Shown in pieces: positions 1-11,890 of a DNA stretch of 64,000 nucleotides; position 1 is the first letter of the stretch, and each line of letters opens with the position of its first letter. Below the pieces are notes generated by a model. The model saw only the letters and a program-made list of their open reading frames with translations. It did not search any database and was not told the origin of the DNA. Origin of the DNA: Leucoraja ocellata (Eukaryota); NCBI GenBank assembly GCA_036785375.1, contig JAWMAR010000283.1:620001-684000 (forward strand). Direction: 5' to 3'. The position numbers and the translations under genes are program-made.

Positions 1-574
1 AGGCAGAGGAACTATGTGTATTCATCCAAAGTTGGATAAGGTCAAAAACTAAACATATTGAGTGGAATAATTAGATTATTCCTTCATCCTTTAAGAGCAG
101 AGTGTTAAATATAAGAAAATGTTGAGCTTGAAGTACCCAGTGGATATACACAGGTTTGGGCAAATAGCTTTGCTAATGGGCATTGTGTTCATTTTTCACA
201 CTCTATATCCAGAGAATGGGCAGGCCGGCTTTTTTAGAAACCCACAGATAATTCTGCCAGCCATAATGAGGCAGTGTATCTTTTATATTTATGGCAATAT
301 ATTCATCACTGGCATGGAATATCTTGATATGCTGTGTCCAGCTATAAGACATGACAAATATTTGTAATGATGGAAAAAATTTAAAAATTGTCACCGTCAA
401 TCATAGTTGTCACTGAATTGCAGTCTCAATATAAAATATATGTATTTCAAGATGGCAGCAGATGAAGGAGAGGACCGGTGCTACCAGGGCAACGGGCCTT
501 TAAGGCCAAGATAAGATTGTTTTCTTAAAAACTTTGGCACCAAAAACGTGGTGACTCTTTGTGTACTACCTCGG

Positions 575-720
575 TGAAGTCTACTATTACACTACAATTA
601 TTGTACTTTTGTACTTATCTATGATTCTGCTTATCTATTGTATGATTTTACTAGATTGTATGCAAAACAAAAAATTTCACCATACATGGGTACATGTGAC
701 AATAAAGTATCATCATCATC
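575..720 (+). mobile_element. 3' tail of a non-LTR retrotransposon (Rex1/Babar-like)
   Basis: TTTCACCATACATGGGTACATGTGACAATAAA followed by a (TCA)n tail; same motif as the Rex1/Babar 3' end at 62070-62115. Confidence 0.55.
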
Positions 721-3072
721 AAAAGTCATACTACTTTTTGTGCGTTGGGCTCTTTCTCAGCATCAGCCCAATATTGCCCAATGAATACCATTGTGTGAGA
801 ACATTTAGACTGTGTAGCTGGCAATGCTTGAACGGATGGAATACTTCCAGTAAATCACTGGGGAAAAAACAGCATAATATGATCTGCAAAATTCATGTTT
901 TGGCACATATTCTCAAGAATACCTCTGTCAGATTAAAGCCATGCTACCAATGCCACTGATTTACAGGTTAAGAAATTCAGTAATCTCCTTCTCATTGTTA
1001 GTTCTCAGGATTTAAGAAATGATGTTGTGACGTTTGAAGCCATTTTGGTTGTCTCCCATTATTATTAAACCAAACAGCGCATATATCGAGAACACTTATT
1101 TGTGGATTTCCTGTTTTTATTTTCAGCATTTTGTAGGGTGCTTGTCACAGATATGTTGAAAGCACCATTGGAAAAAGCCACAGTGCACTGTTGCTTTTTG
1201 TTAAATGATTAAGATCTTATAATCATGTTTTTGAAGATGCATTACATGCAATGCTGTTAAAAGCAATATAATGGACCAGACAGATGGTCACTGTACTGAC
1301 TAACACCTGTGTGTATAAACTGCTAAGAGTCAAAAAATCATTGTGATTTCAAGAAAGCTAGAATGTAAACAAAGCTGGTTAAAGTAAATCAACCAGGACC
1401 CTCATATTCATAGGTGATGACAAACAGCAGCTGCCGAAAATTTGTAGGCAGTCGCATCCAACACATTTTACTATAAAAGTGTAACGTTAAAACAGATCAG
1501 TTTTTGCTCTTCCCAGCTGCCCATGTTCCAATATTATTCTGTGCCATTATGGAATAAAATGCTTTTGTTTCTGTTTATTCAGTTAACTTTGTCAGTGTAC
1601 CTAAAGGTTCTTTATGTTTTGCTAAAAGATTAATGATATGTATTTTGGGGAGTAATTAAAATGTTATGTACCTTTTTAGTTCTCCTATTCCTCGAGTCAA
1701 TATCTGTCCTTCATCTCAATAGAAAGATTGTATGGTTAACATGAAGGATTCTTCTCCAGATGCCTCTGTGAATTCTTGGCTCACCGACAAGAAACTGTGT
1801 TTGAAGACTTGTTAAGCAGTTTTCCTGTTCAAAAAAGTTTGTACATGTTGGTAAAATGCATCCTCTAGTGGAAAATAAAATAATCGTGTCAGCAGAAAGC
1901 TAATTCAAGCCAAGTCTTTCCAGATATACTTGACTGGCGTTACCAGGCAATCTATATTTCTGACTTGCATTTTGGCAAACTTGACTGGACTAAAACAATT
2001 TATGGGACACAGATTTCTTTTTCAGTGAAACACAAGCAAAATTGAATTTAGCTTTAGATAGGTAATTAAAATAACAAACTGAAAATGTTGAACTCGTAAT
2101 GCAGATTTATAGGCCAAACAGTGCAAAGAGAGCTATTTTTATTCGTTCGTAAAATTGAAAATAAAGTTTGAATAGGTTTTTACGAGGCTAGTCAATAACT
2201 GATGGCCTTGCCAGCAATGGTCACATCTCGAAAATGACTTAACAAAATTGCCCAAAATTTTTTGAGATTTACATTTAAGTTGCCAGAGTTATAATTTATT
2301 TATCCAGCTAATTTATTACTACTATTATATGAGGCCTGTAGTGTTTAGTTTAATTAAAATAAAGACAAGTTCTGTACTAGTAGGATCTGGATTGTACTAC
2401 TTTAATGTCATGTCAGATCTGCATGAATCGTGCACCACTATCAAGGCCTTCTCCTGACCTGAATTGGGCAATAAATGGAGAGGTCTGAGCTTGTCTCGCT
2501 GTGTTTATTCATTCAGTAGTCATTCAAATGGACTGCTTTAACCAGCAGTTTTGTATCCCTTATTGGTGTTACACTAACAGTTGGGAGTTCGCTTCTACCC
2601 AGTAGCCCCCGGCTCATTGGTTGTATGTGCATCTAATGCTTCAGTAGGAAAACCAACAACTGTAGGCATTCGGCAAAGATAAAGATTTATTGGTTAAGAT
2701 GCATGGCAGGTCGAGCAACTGATGCTGAATCCCGCTAAATTAAAAGTAAACATTTCTCTATGAAGGATTGAATGTCCAAACAAACACTCTTTTACTTCTG
2801 TCCTTTATTCCCATTTTTAATGGGATGAGAACAGATAGACGGGACTTGAAAACAGGAAGAGATTCCAAGATGAGCTGTCGTGGGGCAATTATTCAATTCA
2901 TGTTTCTTTTATTATATTCATATTGTTTGTTACATTTCAGTTTTAAGCAATTGAGCTGTGAGAGCAGGGATGCAAATAACCTGACAGCCAATATTATGTT
3001 TCACTTATTTCACTTACATTTTAAATTTGGAAATCAATGTCCCTGAAAAGAAGTTAATTCCTAAACAAATGC

Positions 3073-3165
3073 TTGACCTATAAACACTGACTGTCCGCGG
3101 TTGGCCCTGGCCCACTGAGTTCCTCCAGCTGTTTTTTTTTTGCTCTAGATTCCACCATCTGCAGA
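3073..3165 (+). mobile_element. Degenerate Penelope-derived 3' terminal repeat
   Basis: CTGAGTTCCTCCAGC...CCATCTGCAG matches the family defined at 11803-11890 and 24747-24880. Confidence 0.55.
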
Positions 3166-3470
3166 TGTTTGAGGCTCCAAAAGTCAAATGCTAACATCTA
3201 CCACATTTGCCAATTGTTCAGACAACTGCCTGCTGCTAATGTACGCTGAGGTTTACGGTTAATGAGCTAAACGTCGCCAGCAGGTTCAAGGCATTATTTT
3301 GATCAATTGCCTATTAGCTACAAGTTATATCTTTTTTCCCGGGGGCAGGGTGAGTGGGGGGTGGTGATTTCAAAATCTGTAAGAACTTTCAACAAACTTT
3401 ATATGCCTTGGCACTTTAAAAAATATTCTCTCGTCTGTTTCCTATCCTTTTATCCCCTGTGGTTTTGTAG

Positions 3471-3485
3471 CTTAAAAGCTTGCAG
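3471..3485 (+). other. Candidate 15-nt microexon (LKSLQ if phase 0)
   Basis: Pyrimidine-rich tract 3426-3467, TTGTAG acceptor, CTTAAAAGCTTGCAG, then CAG|GTAAGG donor; frame-preserving; host gene not identifiable. Confidence 0.35.
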
Positions 3486-4732
3486 GTAAGGTGCTACATT
3501 GCAAGTTATTACTGAGCTTTAATGATGTGATTGGCCCACACACAGGGCAATTATGTAATCAGCCTTAATTTTGGAGCCTAGTTTGAGCTTGTATAACGAA
3601 TGGGAGGAAGGATTACTGTACAAATCAAGCCTACATTTTGCTGCTAATAAATTAGCAATGCCAAGAATGTTTTCATTAAAGCAGCAGGAGAGAACAAAGT
3701 TTGAACTAAGCCTTTCGAACAGGAGCACAGAATTATGGGGACTTGCAGCCGTTTCAGTTGACTTTATACATCTTAAAGGATCACCCATCCTTCCTTCGAC
3801 ATTACTTCCACCCACTATATATACGGAAAGCATTCAATATTTAAGTTACCAAGAGAATATCAAAGGTGAATGAAGCATAGCTCCAGTCTGTTCCTTTGCT
3901 TAGATCGACCCTGCCCTCTGCCTACCAATCTCCAGCACCTCCCTCACCACCCTGCTGTCTGATTTCCATAATGCTAGTCTCCTCTCTTCTCCAGAGCTAG
4001 GGTGGTGAATCCACTGGACCCTATGTTAGTTCTTCCCTTATTATACTCTACTCCTTGGTCCTAGTTTCTGAACCCATGAGATTATATGGGGATTTGTAAT
4101 ATTTAACCTCACCTTCCAATATCTTCAGGGCTGTTCCTCCCCTTTCCTGCTTCTAAACTGGGATTTGGTATGTCTGTTTGTATGAAAGATTAAACCATTA
4201 CACACTCCAGTTGATTCAAATTGCTTACTTCTGTTTTATTGCTATGGGAAAACTCTTGCACGGTATCGAGGAAAAATCATGTCATGCTCTGTATCTTCCA
4301 CAAATGATGGGCATTGACCCCATCATTGTCTACACTTCCAACTCCATCTAAGTCTTAGTGTGAAGTTGTCAAATTGTTCACTGAAGTCAGTTTCTCTCCA
4401 CCTTAAATTCATCACCATGACCATTTCTTTCACCTCCAAAGAATGTTTCTATTTACTATTCCACGAGTTCCGTCAAAACTTAAATCTATATTATTTTTAT
4501 TTTGGGTATCTCAGTTCTAACTGTCTCTATTTTGGATGACATGTCTAATTTCTTGTCAGCATAACAGTCTGCAACCTGCTCCTTTTGTCTTCAGTATTCT
4601 TCTCCCTTTATAATTTCTTCCCAACTATGCAATGTCCTATATTCATGTCCCATCATACATCCTTTCTTTCTTTTACTTATTTCTTTTGCTCCCACGTTAG
4701 AGGTGGTTGCAAACATTCTTCGCCTATCTTTC

Positions 4733-4816
4733 TCTCGACCCGAAAGTCACCCATTCCTTCTCTCCAGAGATACTGCCTGTGCCGCTGAGTTACTTCAGCT
4801 TTTTGTGTCGATCTTC
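4733..4816 (+). mobile_element. Penelope-derived short insert, 5'-truncated within the hammerhead motif
   Basis: TCTCGACCCGAAAGTCACCCATTCCTTCTCTCCAGAGATACTGCC...GAGTTACTTCAGC. Confidence 0.8.
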
Positions 4817-5500
4817 CAAAATTATTTCCCTGAATCAAAGCCTCCTAAGTGCAGTAATTTTGATTTTAAGTTTTTCACCTTTCTGTTCTTTTCTCCCCTC
4901 TGTTCAGTGAAATAGTGTTAATTACTCCCTAGATCAGGAGTGTTTTGGAAAAAAACAGATGTGCTCTTTTAAAAATGATTTTTACACAATAAGGTTCCTT
5001 GCTGTAAGACTGAGAATCTGCAAGCAGAACGGATGCTCCATTTCTTGCACAGCACAGATGAGATGCCATTTTTAGGATAAGGTAGTAAGCCAAACTGTGT
5101 GTCGGTTTGCTTGGGTGAATGTAAAATATCTGGGACATCAATTTTCTGACTCGCTCAAGTGTTTGTTTATGTGTCATTACCAAGATTGTGTTACTTGTTT
5201 GTCACAAACAGGATTCCAATACTGGCATTGTCATGCATGCAAACTATCTGAAACTATTTTTGTTCTATGTACAACAAATAACATAGTTATGGCTGTTTGT
5301 TGTATATCTAACAATGTGAAGATAAATAGTAATGAAAGATGGTCTCTACAGAAATTTGCGCTCATTTTGTATGCTGATAGTAGAATTTCATTGTCATATT
5401 GACACTTTTAAATTGCGTGAATTTATATCAGAGCTATCCAGCTAGCTAAGGACTGAAGAGAATGGCAGGGCATCATGAAGCAGATGGCACCACTCAACCC

Positions 5501-5670
5501 NNNNNNNNNNNNNNNNNNNNNNNNNNNNNNNNNNNNNNNNNNNNNNNNNNNNNNNNNNNNNNNNNNNNNNNNNNNNNNNNNNNNNNNNNNNNNNNNNNNN
5601 NNNNNNNNNNNNNNNNNNNNNNNNNNNNNNNNNNNNNNNNNNNNNNNNNNNNNNNNNNNNNNNNNNNNNN
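5501..5670. other. Assembly gap
   Basis: Run of N. Confidence 1.
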
Positions 5671-6219
5671 ATCCTAGCAGAGACATTTTGTGCATGATGT
5701 AATTGAATTTTACTATAGATTGGTCAAAAAATGTATTGGGGACCTTATAGTGCGAATTATGAACATTTAAAGTCCAAGTGAAGTGGAATTAGTTTCTATA
5801 CATGCAATAAACAGTCACAAGGTGGGCTGCACTTGAAAATAAATCTGAACTTCAGAGATGGTGGGAGTTGAATGCCTGATTACTTGCACCATTTCCTCCA
5901 AGTGACTGACCATGACTTGGTTGTAGATTGTCAATTCCCTTCCAGTTATTTGCCACCTTCTTTTGTTTAGGTGCTAGATGAGTCTCATAGACTGTGTGTA
6001 CGTGATCTCTTATTGTAGTTAAATAGTTCTGTGTGTATGTATTGGTTTGCAATGTCTCTATGTAGTGATGCATATGTTGGCTTGTGAGATTTATTCCAGA
6101 AATGCTGAACATGCTGCAAAGTCATTAAACTTTTTGTGGCTTTAGGACCAAGATATTGGGTCTTTGCTGCAGGCATTGATCTTTCTGGTTATTTCACTAA
6201 ATAAGCTCCGAATTGCATA

Positions 6220-6386
6220 GACTTGGCGGCATTATTTTTTTGTCATGGCACTATTATTGTTTTTTTAAATATATCTACTGAACTATTTTGTTTTTTGTGC
6301 TTTACAGAGTACTATGTTTACATATCTGTGGAGCTGTTGTAAGTAAGAATTTCATTATTTACATTTTTTGGATATATGACAATAAA
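6220..6386 (+). mobile_element. Non-LTR retrotransposon 3' tail (Rex1/Babar-like)
   Basis: GTAAGTAAGAATTTCATT...ATGACAATAAA; resembles the reverse complement of 58912-58991. Confidence 0.5.
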
Positions 6387-6689
6387 TATCATATATATTT
6401 ATTGTCTCTCACTCTTGGCTGTTTCCTCCCCCCTTCTCCCCCCCCTCCCGCAGCATATAGAAACCCTTGGATGCCATCTCAGAGGATATCAGGATTAGTG
6501 AGAGTGGATGCAATGTCTGCTCCCTATTGTTAATTCAAGTGATCTCTAAATAGAGTTGTTGGAATCTCTGAGGACGTCCTTTTCTCAGAGGTACAGGCAT
6601 GACCTCGGTTACCTGCTGATTGGTTTCAGCTGTCTTGAAGGACTTCTGAAATATTCATAGTTAATATGTTTCAGTGGGGAGAACGTCCA

Positions 6690-6990
6690 TGCAGACGGCT
6701 GTGGATGCCAAGTCATTGGATATTTTTTAATGCGGAGGTTGACAAATACCTGATTGGTAAGAGTCTCAAGAGTTATGGGGAGAGGCAGGATAATGGAGTT
6801 GAAGGGGAAACTTAGATCAGCCACAAATGAATGGTGGAGCAGACTGAAGAAGGGTCTCGACCCGAAACATCACCAATTCCTTCCCTCCATAGATGCTGTC
6901 TCACCCGCTGAGTTTCTCTAGCATTTTTTGTCTACCGATGGAGTAGACTCGATGGGCCAAATGGCCTAACACTGCTCCTATCTTATGAAC
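6690..6990 (+). mobile_element. CR1 LINE 3' end, interrupted by a Penelope-derived insert
   Basis: GGCTGTGGATGCCAAGTCATTGGATATTTTTTAATGCGGAGGTTGAC...GAATGGTGGAGCAGACT/CGATGGGCCAAATGGCCT...GCTCCTAT; typical CR1 ORF2 end and 3' UTR. Confidence 0.8.
6844..6936 (+). mobile_element. Penelope-derived short insert with hammerhead motif
   Basis: CTGAAGAAGGGTCTCGACCCGAAACATCACC; TSD TGGAG(C/T)AGACT at 6835-6845 and 6939-6949. Confidence 0.85.
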
Positions 6991-8353
6991 ATGAATATTG
7001 CACACTATTGGCAGAGAGACAAAGCAGCACAGGTTCCCTGCTGAGCATCTTCATGGAAGTTTCTGCATGTGAATGAATTTCTAGGCCCAATATTATCTCA
7101 GGCACAGCAATGTCTGTACAGACTGAAGGCCAGGACCGAGGCTGAGACCAACATTGTTCTGCAACCTGATGACAACCCCTCCTCCCACACGCACACCTCG
7201 GCTTGGTCATTTTGCTTCCTTCTCACTCAATCGTAACAGACTGTTGTCATTCAGGAAGTCAACTACCTTCACATTCATTGAAGTCCGCAATCATTCTTAA
7301 TAACAACAGAGTGACAATTGGTAGGTGACTTCCACACCTGCATCAAGTGATGGAGGTGCTACTCACTTCATAAGGGATTAAATTATTTAAAAAGCACTTA
7401 ATCCTGTGAATGCAGATGGATTGTGTCAGAATCCAGGAACTATTACAATAATTATCGCAAACTCATAACCCATGTCTCTATGGCAATGATTTAAAGTAGA
7501 TCGTCTAGTGAAAACAATGAAGCAAAATAATCAGCTGCAAAAAAAATCTAACTTGTTCACAAATGCTCAGAGGCAAAATATTTGATACATCTATTTGGGA
7601 CAGATTTGAAGTTGGTAAGATTTCAATCAAAAATTAAACAAACATATGAATGCCTGTTAATACACCAACCACATCCTTTCACTAATATGTAAATATATAT
7701 TTTTTTATTTTTGGCCAAGATGAATGAGAAATAGATTTTTTTTCCTCACAAATAATTGCTTTTATAGATTTAATGATAGCAATTTATTAATAACATCAAA
7801 ACTTACTATCACGTGAGCTTTATCATCAATGCATATAATCATCTTTAATTGAAAATAATCTGCAGGATTAATATTAATACATGAAAGAAATCAACTAGAC
7901 AACTGTGGGATTCTCAAATTAAATAACATATACGGGAAATTCTTCATGATGGAAGTTCATTGACCTGAAATGTTAACTGCTTTTCTTTCTGTTCTCTGAA
8001 CTACTATTTCCAGCATTTTTTTGTTTATATTTTAAGCATTCCAAAGCATGTTTCTTTCACATTTAACAAGACTTCTCTGACCGACTCCAGACTGGAAGCA
8101 TTGAAACTTGGAAATAATTAAAGGAACAGACTACTCGTGCAGCGAGTTGTGTATTGCATACTCCTACCCATCAAGAGTCTGATAATCTGGAAAGGCATAA
8201 AGCCAGATTTTATCAGCAAAGAATATTAGGCAGATTGGAGGGGAAATTTTTTTTTATCTGACTACTTTTGGTGACTAAAGCAAGTCAGTGATTCCTGCTT
8301 TGTTATTGAGTCAATGGACCATTGTGGGTTCCACATTTACTTGATTATTGTTG

Positions 8354-8526
8354 CTTTCTGCATATCTTCCATCCATTGTCCTAAGCACTGTATATATCTC
8401 TTGTTCCCCTTTCTCCTGACCCTCCGTCTGAAGAAGGGTCTCGATCTGAAACGTCACCTGTTCCTTTTTCCCCCCAGAGATGCTGCCTGACTCACTGAGT
8501 TACTCCAGTATTTTGTGTCTGTCTTC
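8354..8526 (+). mobile_element. Penelope-derived 3' terminal fragment
   Basis: Pyrimidine-rich leader, hammerhead motif, then GATGCTGCCTGACTCACTGAGTTACTCCAG. Confidence 0.85.
8426..8457 (+). ncRNA. Minimal type I hammerhead ribozyme motif (core intact)
   Basis: GT-CTGAAGA-A-GGGTC-TC-GATCT-GAAAC-GTC-AC: CUGANGA box, stem II, GAAA box, GUC cleavage triplet; activity untested. Confidence 0.65.
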
Positions 8527-9010
8527 ATGCATGAAATTGTTGTGTTTATGACAAGAAACGGGTTATTCGGAAGTAGTTTTACATTTCAATCATTTACTTT
8601 ACAATAATTGAATACAAATTTTATTGAGGATGGTCAACATAAAATTGTGATTGCACATGATGTTACAATTTGCTGCTGAAGATATTCTCTCAGCAAATAT
8701 TATGAAATATCTTCTGTTTTTAAACTCTAAGGTACCTCCAGCTGATTTTCTTGCTCTCTGTATTCACAAATAACAGTTGGTAATTCAGTTAAAAAAATGT
8801 TTTTGGATTATTCTTACAATTCTGAAAAATTAGATTTATGAGAAAATGGCTTTGTACAGTGCAATAGAAACTTAAAAAGGGACCCTGAAATATATTTATT
8901 GTGACATGAACAGACTGAAACTTAGTCCATGCAATGGTAATGGCCAAATTATTGAATTAATTGATTGGTTTATAATGTCACAGGCTCATTTTAGACATTT
9001 GAATTTGGAT

Positions 9011-9145
9011 TGTGTAGGAAAGAACTGCAGATGCTGGTTTAAATTGAAGGTAGACAAAAAATGCTGGAGTAACTCAGCAGGACAGGCAGCATCTCTGGAG
9101 AGAAGGAATGGGTGACATTTCGGGTCGAGACCCTTCTTCAGACTG
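9011..9145 (-). mobile_element. Penelope-derived short insert with hammerhead motif
   Basis: Minus strand reads AGTCTGAAGAAGGGTCTCGACCCGAAATGTCACC...CAGCATCTGCAGTTCTTTCCTACACA; TSD ATTT(G/C)GATTGT at 9003-9013 and 9146-9156. Confidence 0.88.
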
Positions 9146-10314
9146 ATTTCGATTGTTTGAATCAATTGCATTTGATTTAGTGGGATTTATTTTTCTTCCT
9201 CAGTCGGGCACATATAGGCAGAAAAGTTAAAGATCAAATATACTCTACTGTTTATGTGTGTCCATTGGGATATTTGAAATGGGAATATATGGAGTGGTCT
9301 GTGGTGCCTTAAATGTTATCCACCAATGTGGCTGTAGTTGTTTCAATAGTTTCCCTTGATTACATGTGGGAATATTGTTTTGAAAAAAAATGTTTCAGAG
9401 GATTGAATTTCTGAATGGTTTTCTATATAGGATATTTGAATGAAGTATTTGCTGATTGATTAACATTTCTATGTGGTTTTTCGAGTTTGTTATGTATAAA
9501 TCTGACTCAATCGAGTAAGTAATAGATTAAACATTCATTAGCATTTTGTTTTTAAAATGCTGTTAATTTGAAGCAGCTCATGCATGTAAAATGTTTAGTG
9601 TTATTATATGTGGCAAGAATTGTCGTCCTCTTAATTAGTATCACATTTCAATCCCGTGTTTTATTTGAGAACAATTTAATACAATTATTTTTTTTAAGAA
9701 TCTGTCATTTACAACATATGATTATGAATATCCTATCATTGAGTAAAGCCTGCAACTGTAGGTAGAGTAAATGCTCATACCTTGGAATCCCCAGCTAAAT
9801 ATAAAACCAAAATTCCAATTCAATTGTAAGCCAAGCTAAGGTTTCCAAGTAATTTGTCATCATTACTTAAACAGCTCATTATTTATTGCATTCTCTTGGC
9901 CCAAAAGAGTTTTAATGGTAAATAATCTCTGAAAGTTTGGTAATGAATTTAGGATTCTTTCTCAGTGAGTTTTTGGACAAAGGAAGCCCTTGCATACATG
10001 AGTTATGGAAGACCTGATTTATTGAAATTCAACTTCAGGAATTTCTCCCATAAATCTTTGAAAACATTTTCAAGGTGGGAAAGTTATGGAATAGGGTCAG
10101 CAGCTACTTGCTTCAAAAAACTATTGTTCTTCAAAAATAACTGTTTGCAGGGGGAAATCATTAAAAGATTTACTTTAGAAACTGACATGGCAACCCCTTC
10201 TATTGACAATTGTAAAATACTTTATCAAACAATGTAACATCCATTAATACTTTAAGGTTATTGAAACTGGCCATTGGATGTGGGACATTCTAATTCAGAA
10301 ATGGAACTCCCAAT

Positions 10315-11890
10315 CAGTTTCCCTCTACTAACACTCTCCCTCTGCCTGGCGGAACTTGTCCTCACCCTCAACAACTTCTCTTTTGACTCCGCTCACTTAC
10401 TTCAAGTTAAATGTTTCGTCATGGTCACTCGCATGGGCACCAGCTATGCCTGCCTTTTTGTTAGTTACGTTGAACAGTCTTTGTTCCAAATGTACATTGA
10501 TACCATCCCCCAACTCTTTCTCCACTACATTGATGACTGCATTGGGGCTGCCGCCTGCACCCGTGCTGAACTTGTTGATTTCATTAACTTTACCACTAAT
10601 TTCCACTCTGCCCACAAATTCACAGACTAACTCTGGCATCTCTCTCATCTTTCTTGATTTCTCTGTCTCCATCACAACTGTCATTGACTACAAATCCACC
10701 TTCTCCCACAGTTATTGGACTACACGTCCTCCCACCCTGCCTCTTGCATAGATGCCATCCCCTATTCTCAATCTCTCTGTCCCCAACTACATCTGCTTCC
10801 AAGATTAGCCTTTTCTTTCTCGGACATCTGAGATGTCTTCTTTCTATAGTAAACGTGGTTTCCCTCCTGCTGTCGTAGTTGGATCACCTTAGCCGCATGT
10901 TATCTATCTCCCTCCTCCGCCACCCAGACTGAACAAGGATAGAGTTACCCTGCACCTGATCTTTTACCCCATCATTCTCAGCCATTTCCGGCACCTTCAA
11001 CCTGATCCCACCACCAGTCACGCCTTGCCATCCCCATCCCTTTCCACCTTCTGCATAGTATACTCCCTCCTCAACTCCTTGGTCCACTCATCCATTCCCT
11101 CCCAAGCCATCCCCTCTCCAGGTACTTTCCCCAGCAACCGGAGGAGATGGAATGCCTATCCCTCTACCCCCTCCCATGTATTCATCCAGTGACATCGGCC
11201 GTCCTTCCAGGTGAGACAGAGGTAAATGTGCACATCCTTAGACCTCATCTACTGCATTCAGTGTTCCCAATGTGGCCTCCTTTACATCAGCGAGACCCAG
11301 CGTAGATTATGTGACCCTTTTGCCGAACATTTGGGTCTGCAGAATTTCCCGGTTGCAAGCCATTTCCACTCCCCTTTCCATTCTCATAATGCCCTTGCTA
11401 TCCTCGGCCTCTTCTGTTGACACAGTAAGGCCACATACAAACTAGAGGAATAGCACCTCATATTCCGCTTTGATAGCTTACAACCTAATGGCATGGACAT
11501 TGAAATCTCCAATTTTTACAACCACCTCCCCCCCCCCACTTTTGCCCTCTTTTTCCTGTGCCCCACCTGAATCCCTCCCCCCGCCCCCCACACCTCCCCC
11601 AGTCCAGTTCCATCTATGTTCCTTTCTCTGCCTTCACAATTCGTGTCTCTTCTATCTGTATCTCACACTTTTTGTCTTTTAATATCTGGCCTTTGTCCAA
11701 TCCTCTACCAATCAAAAAAAACCCCCATCACCTATTACTTGTTTGACTTTTCCAGCTTTCTCCACGCACCCCCCCCCCCCCCCCCACCACCACCACAATT
11801 TGCATGAAGAATGGTCCCAACCTGAAATGTCGCCTTTCAATGTTCTCCATGGATACTGCCTGGCCCGCTGAGTTACTCCAGCACTTTTTT
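10315..11890 (+). mobile_element. Penelope-like retroelement, 5'-truncated and decayed (RT + GIY-YIG + 3' terminal repeat)
   Basis: Peptides LAELVLTLNNFSF..MGTSYACLF..FLHYIDD (PLE-type RT), FLDFSVS, CTSLDLIYCIQCSQCGLLYISETQRRL..FAEH..PVASHF (GIY-YIG); stops and frameshifts; decayed hammerhead repeat at 11803-11890. Confidence 0.92.

Noticed and set aside
119-959. Short ORFs at the window start
   Set aside because: No recognisable homology or paired splice sites; the 132-aa ORF overlaps a LINE tail.
3900-4560. Pyrimidine-rich stretch, perhaps an old LINE remnant (also 17040-17540)
   Set aside because: Too decayed to assign a family or boundaries by eye.
5423-5702. ORFs spanning N runs (also 48155-49028)
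   Set aside because: Artefacts of assembly gaps.
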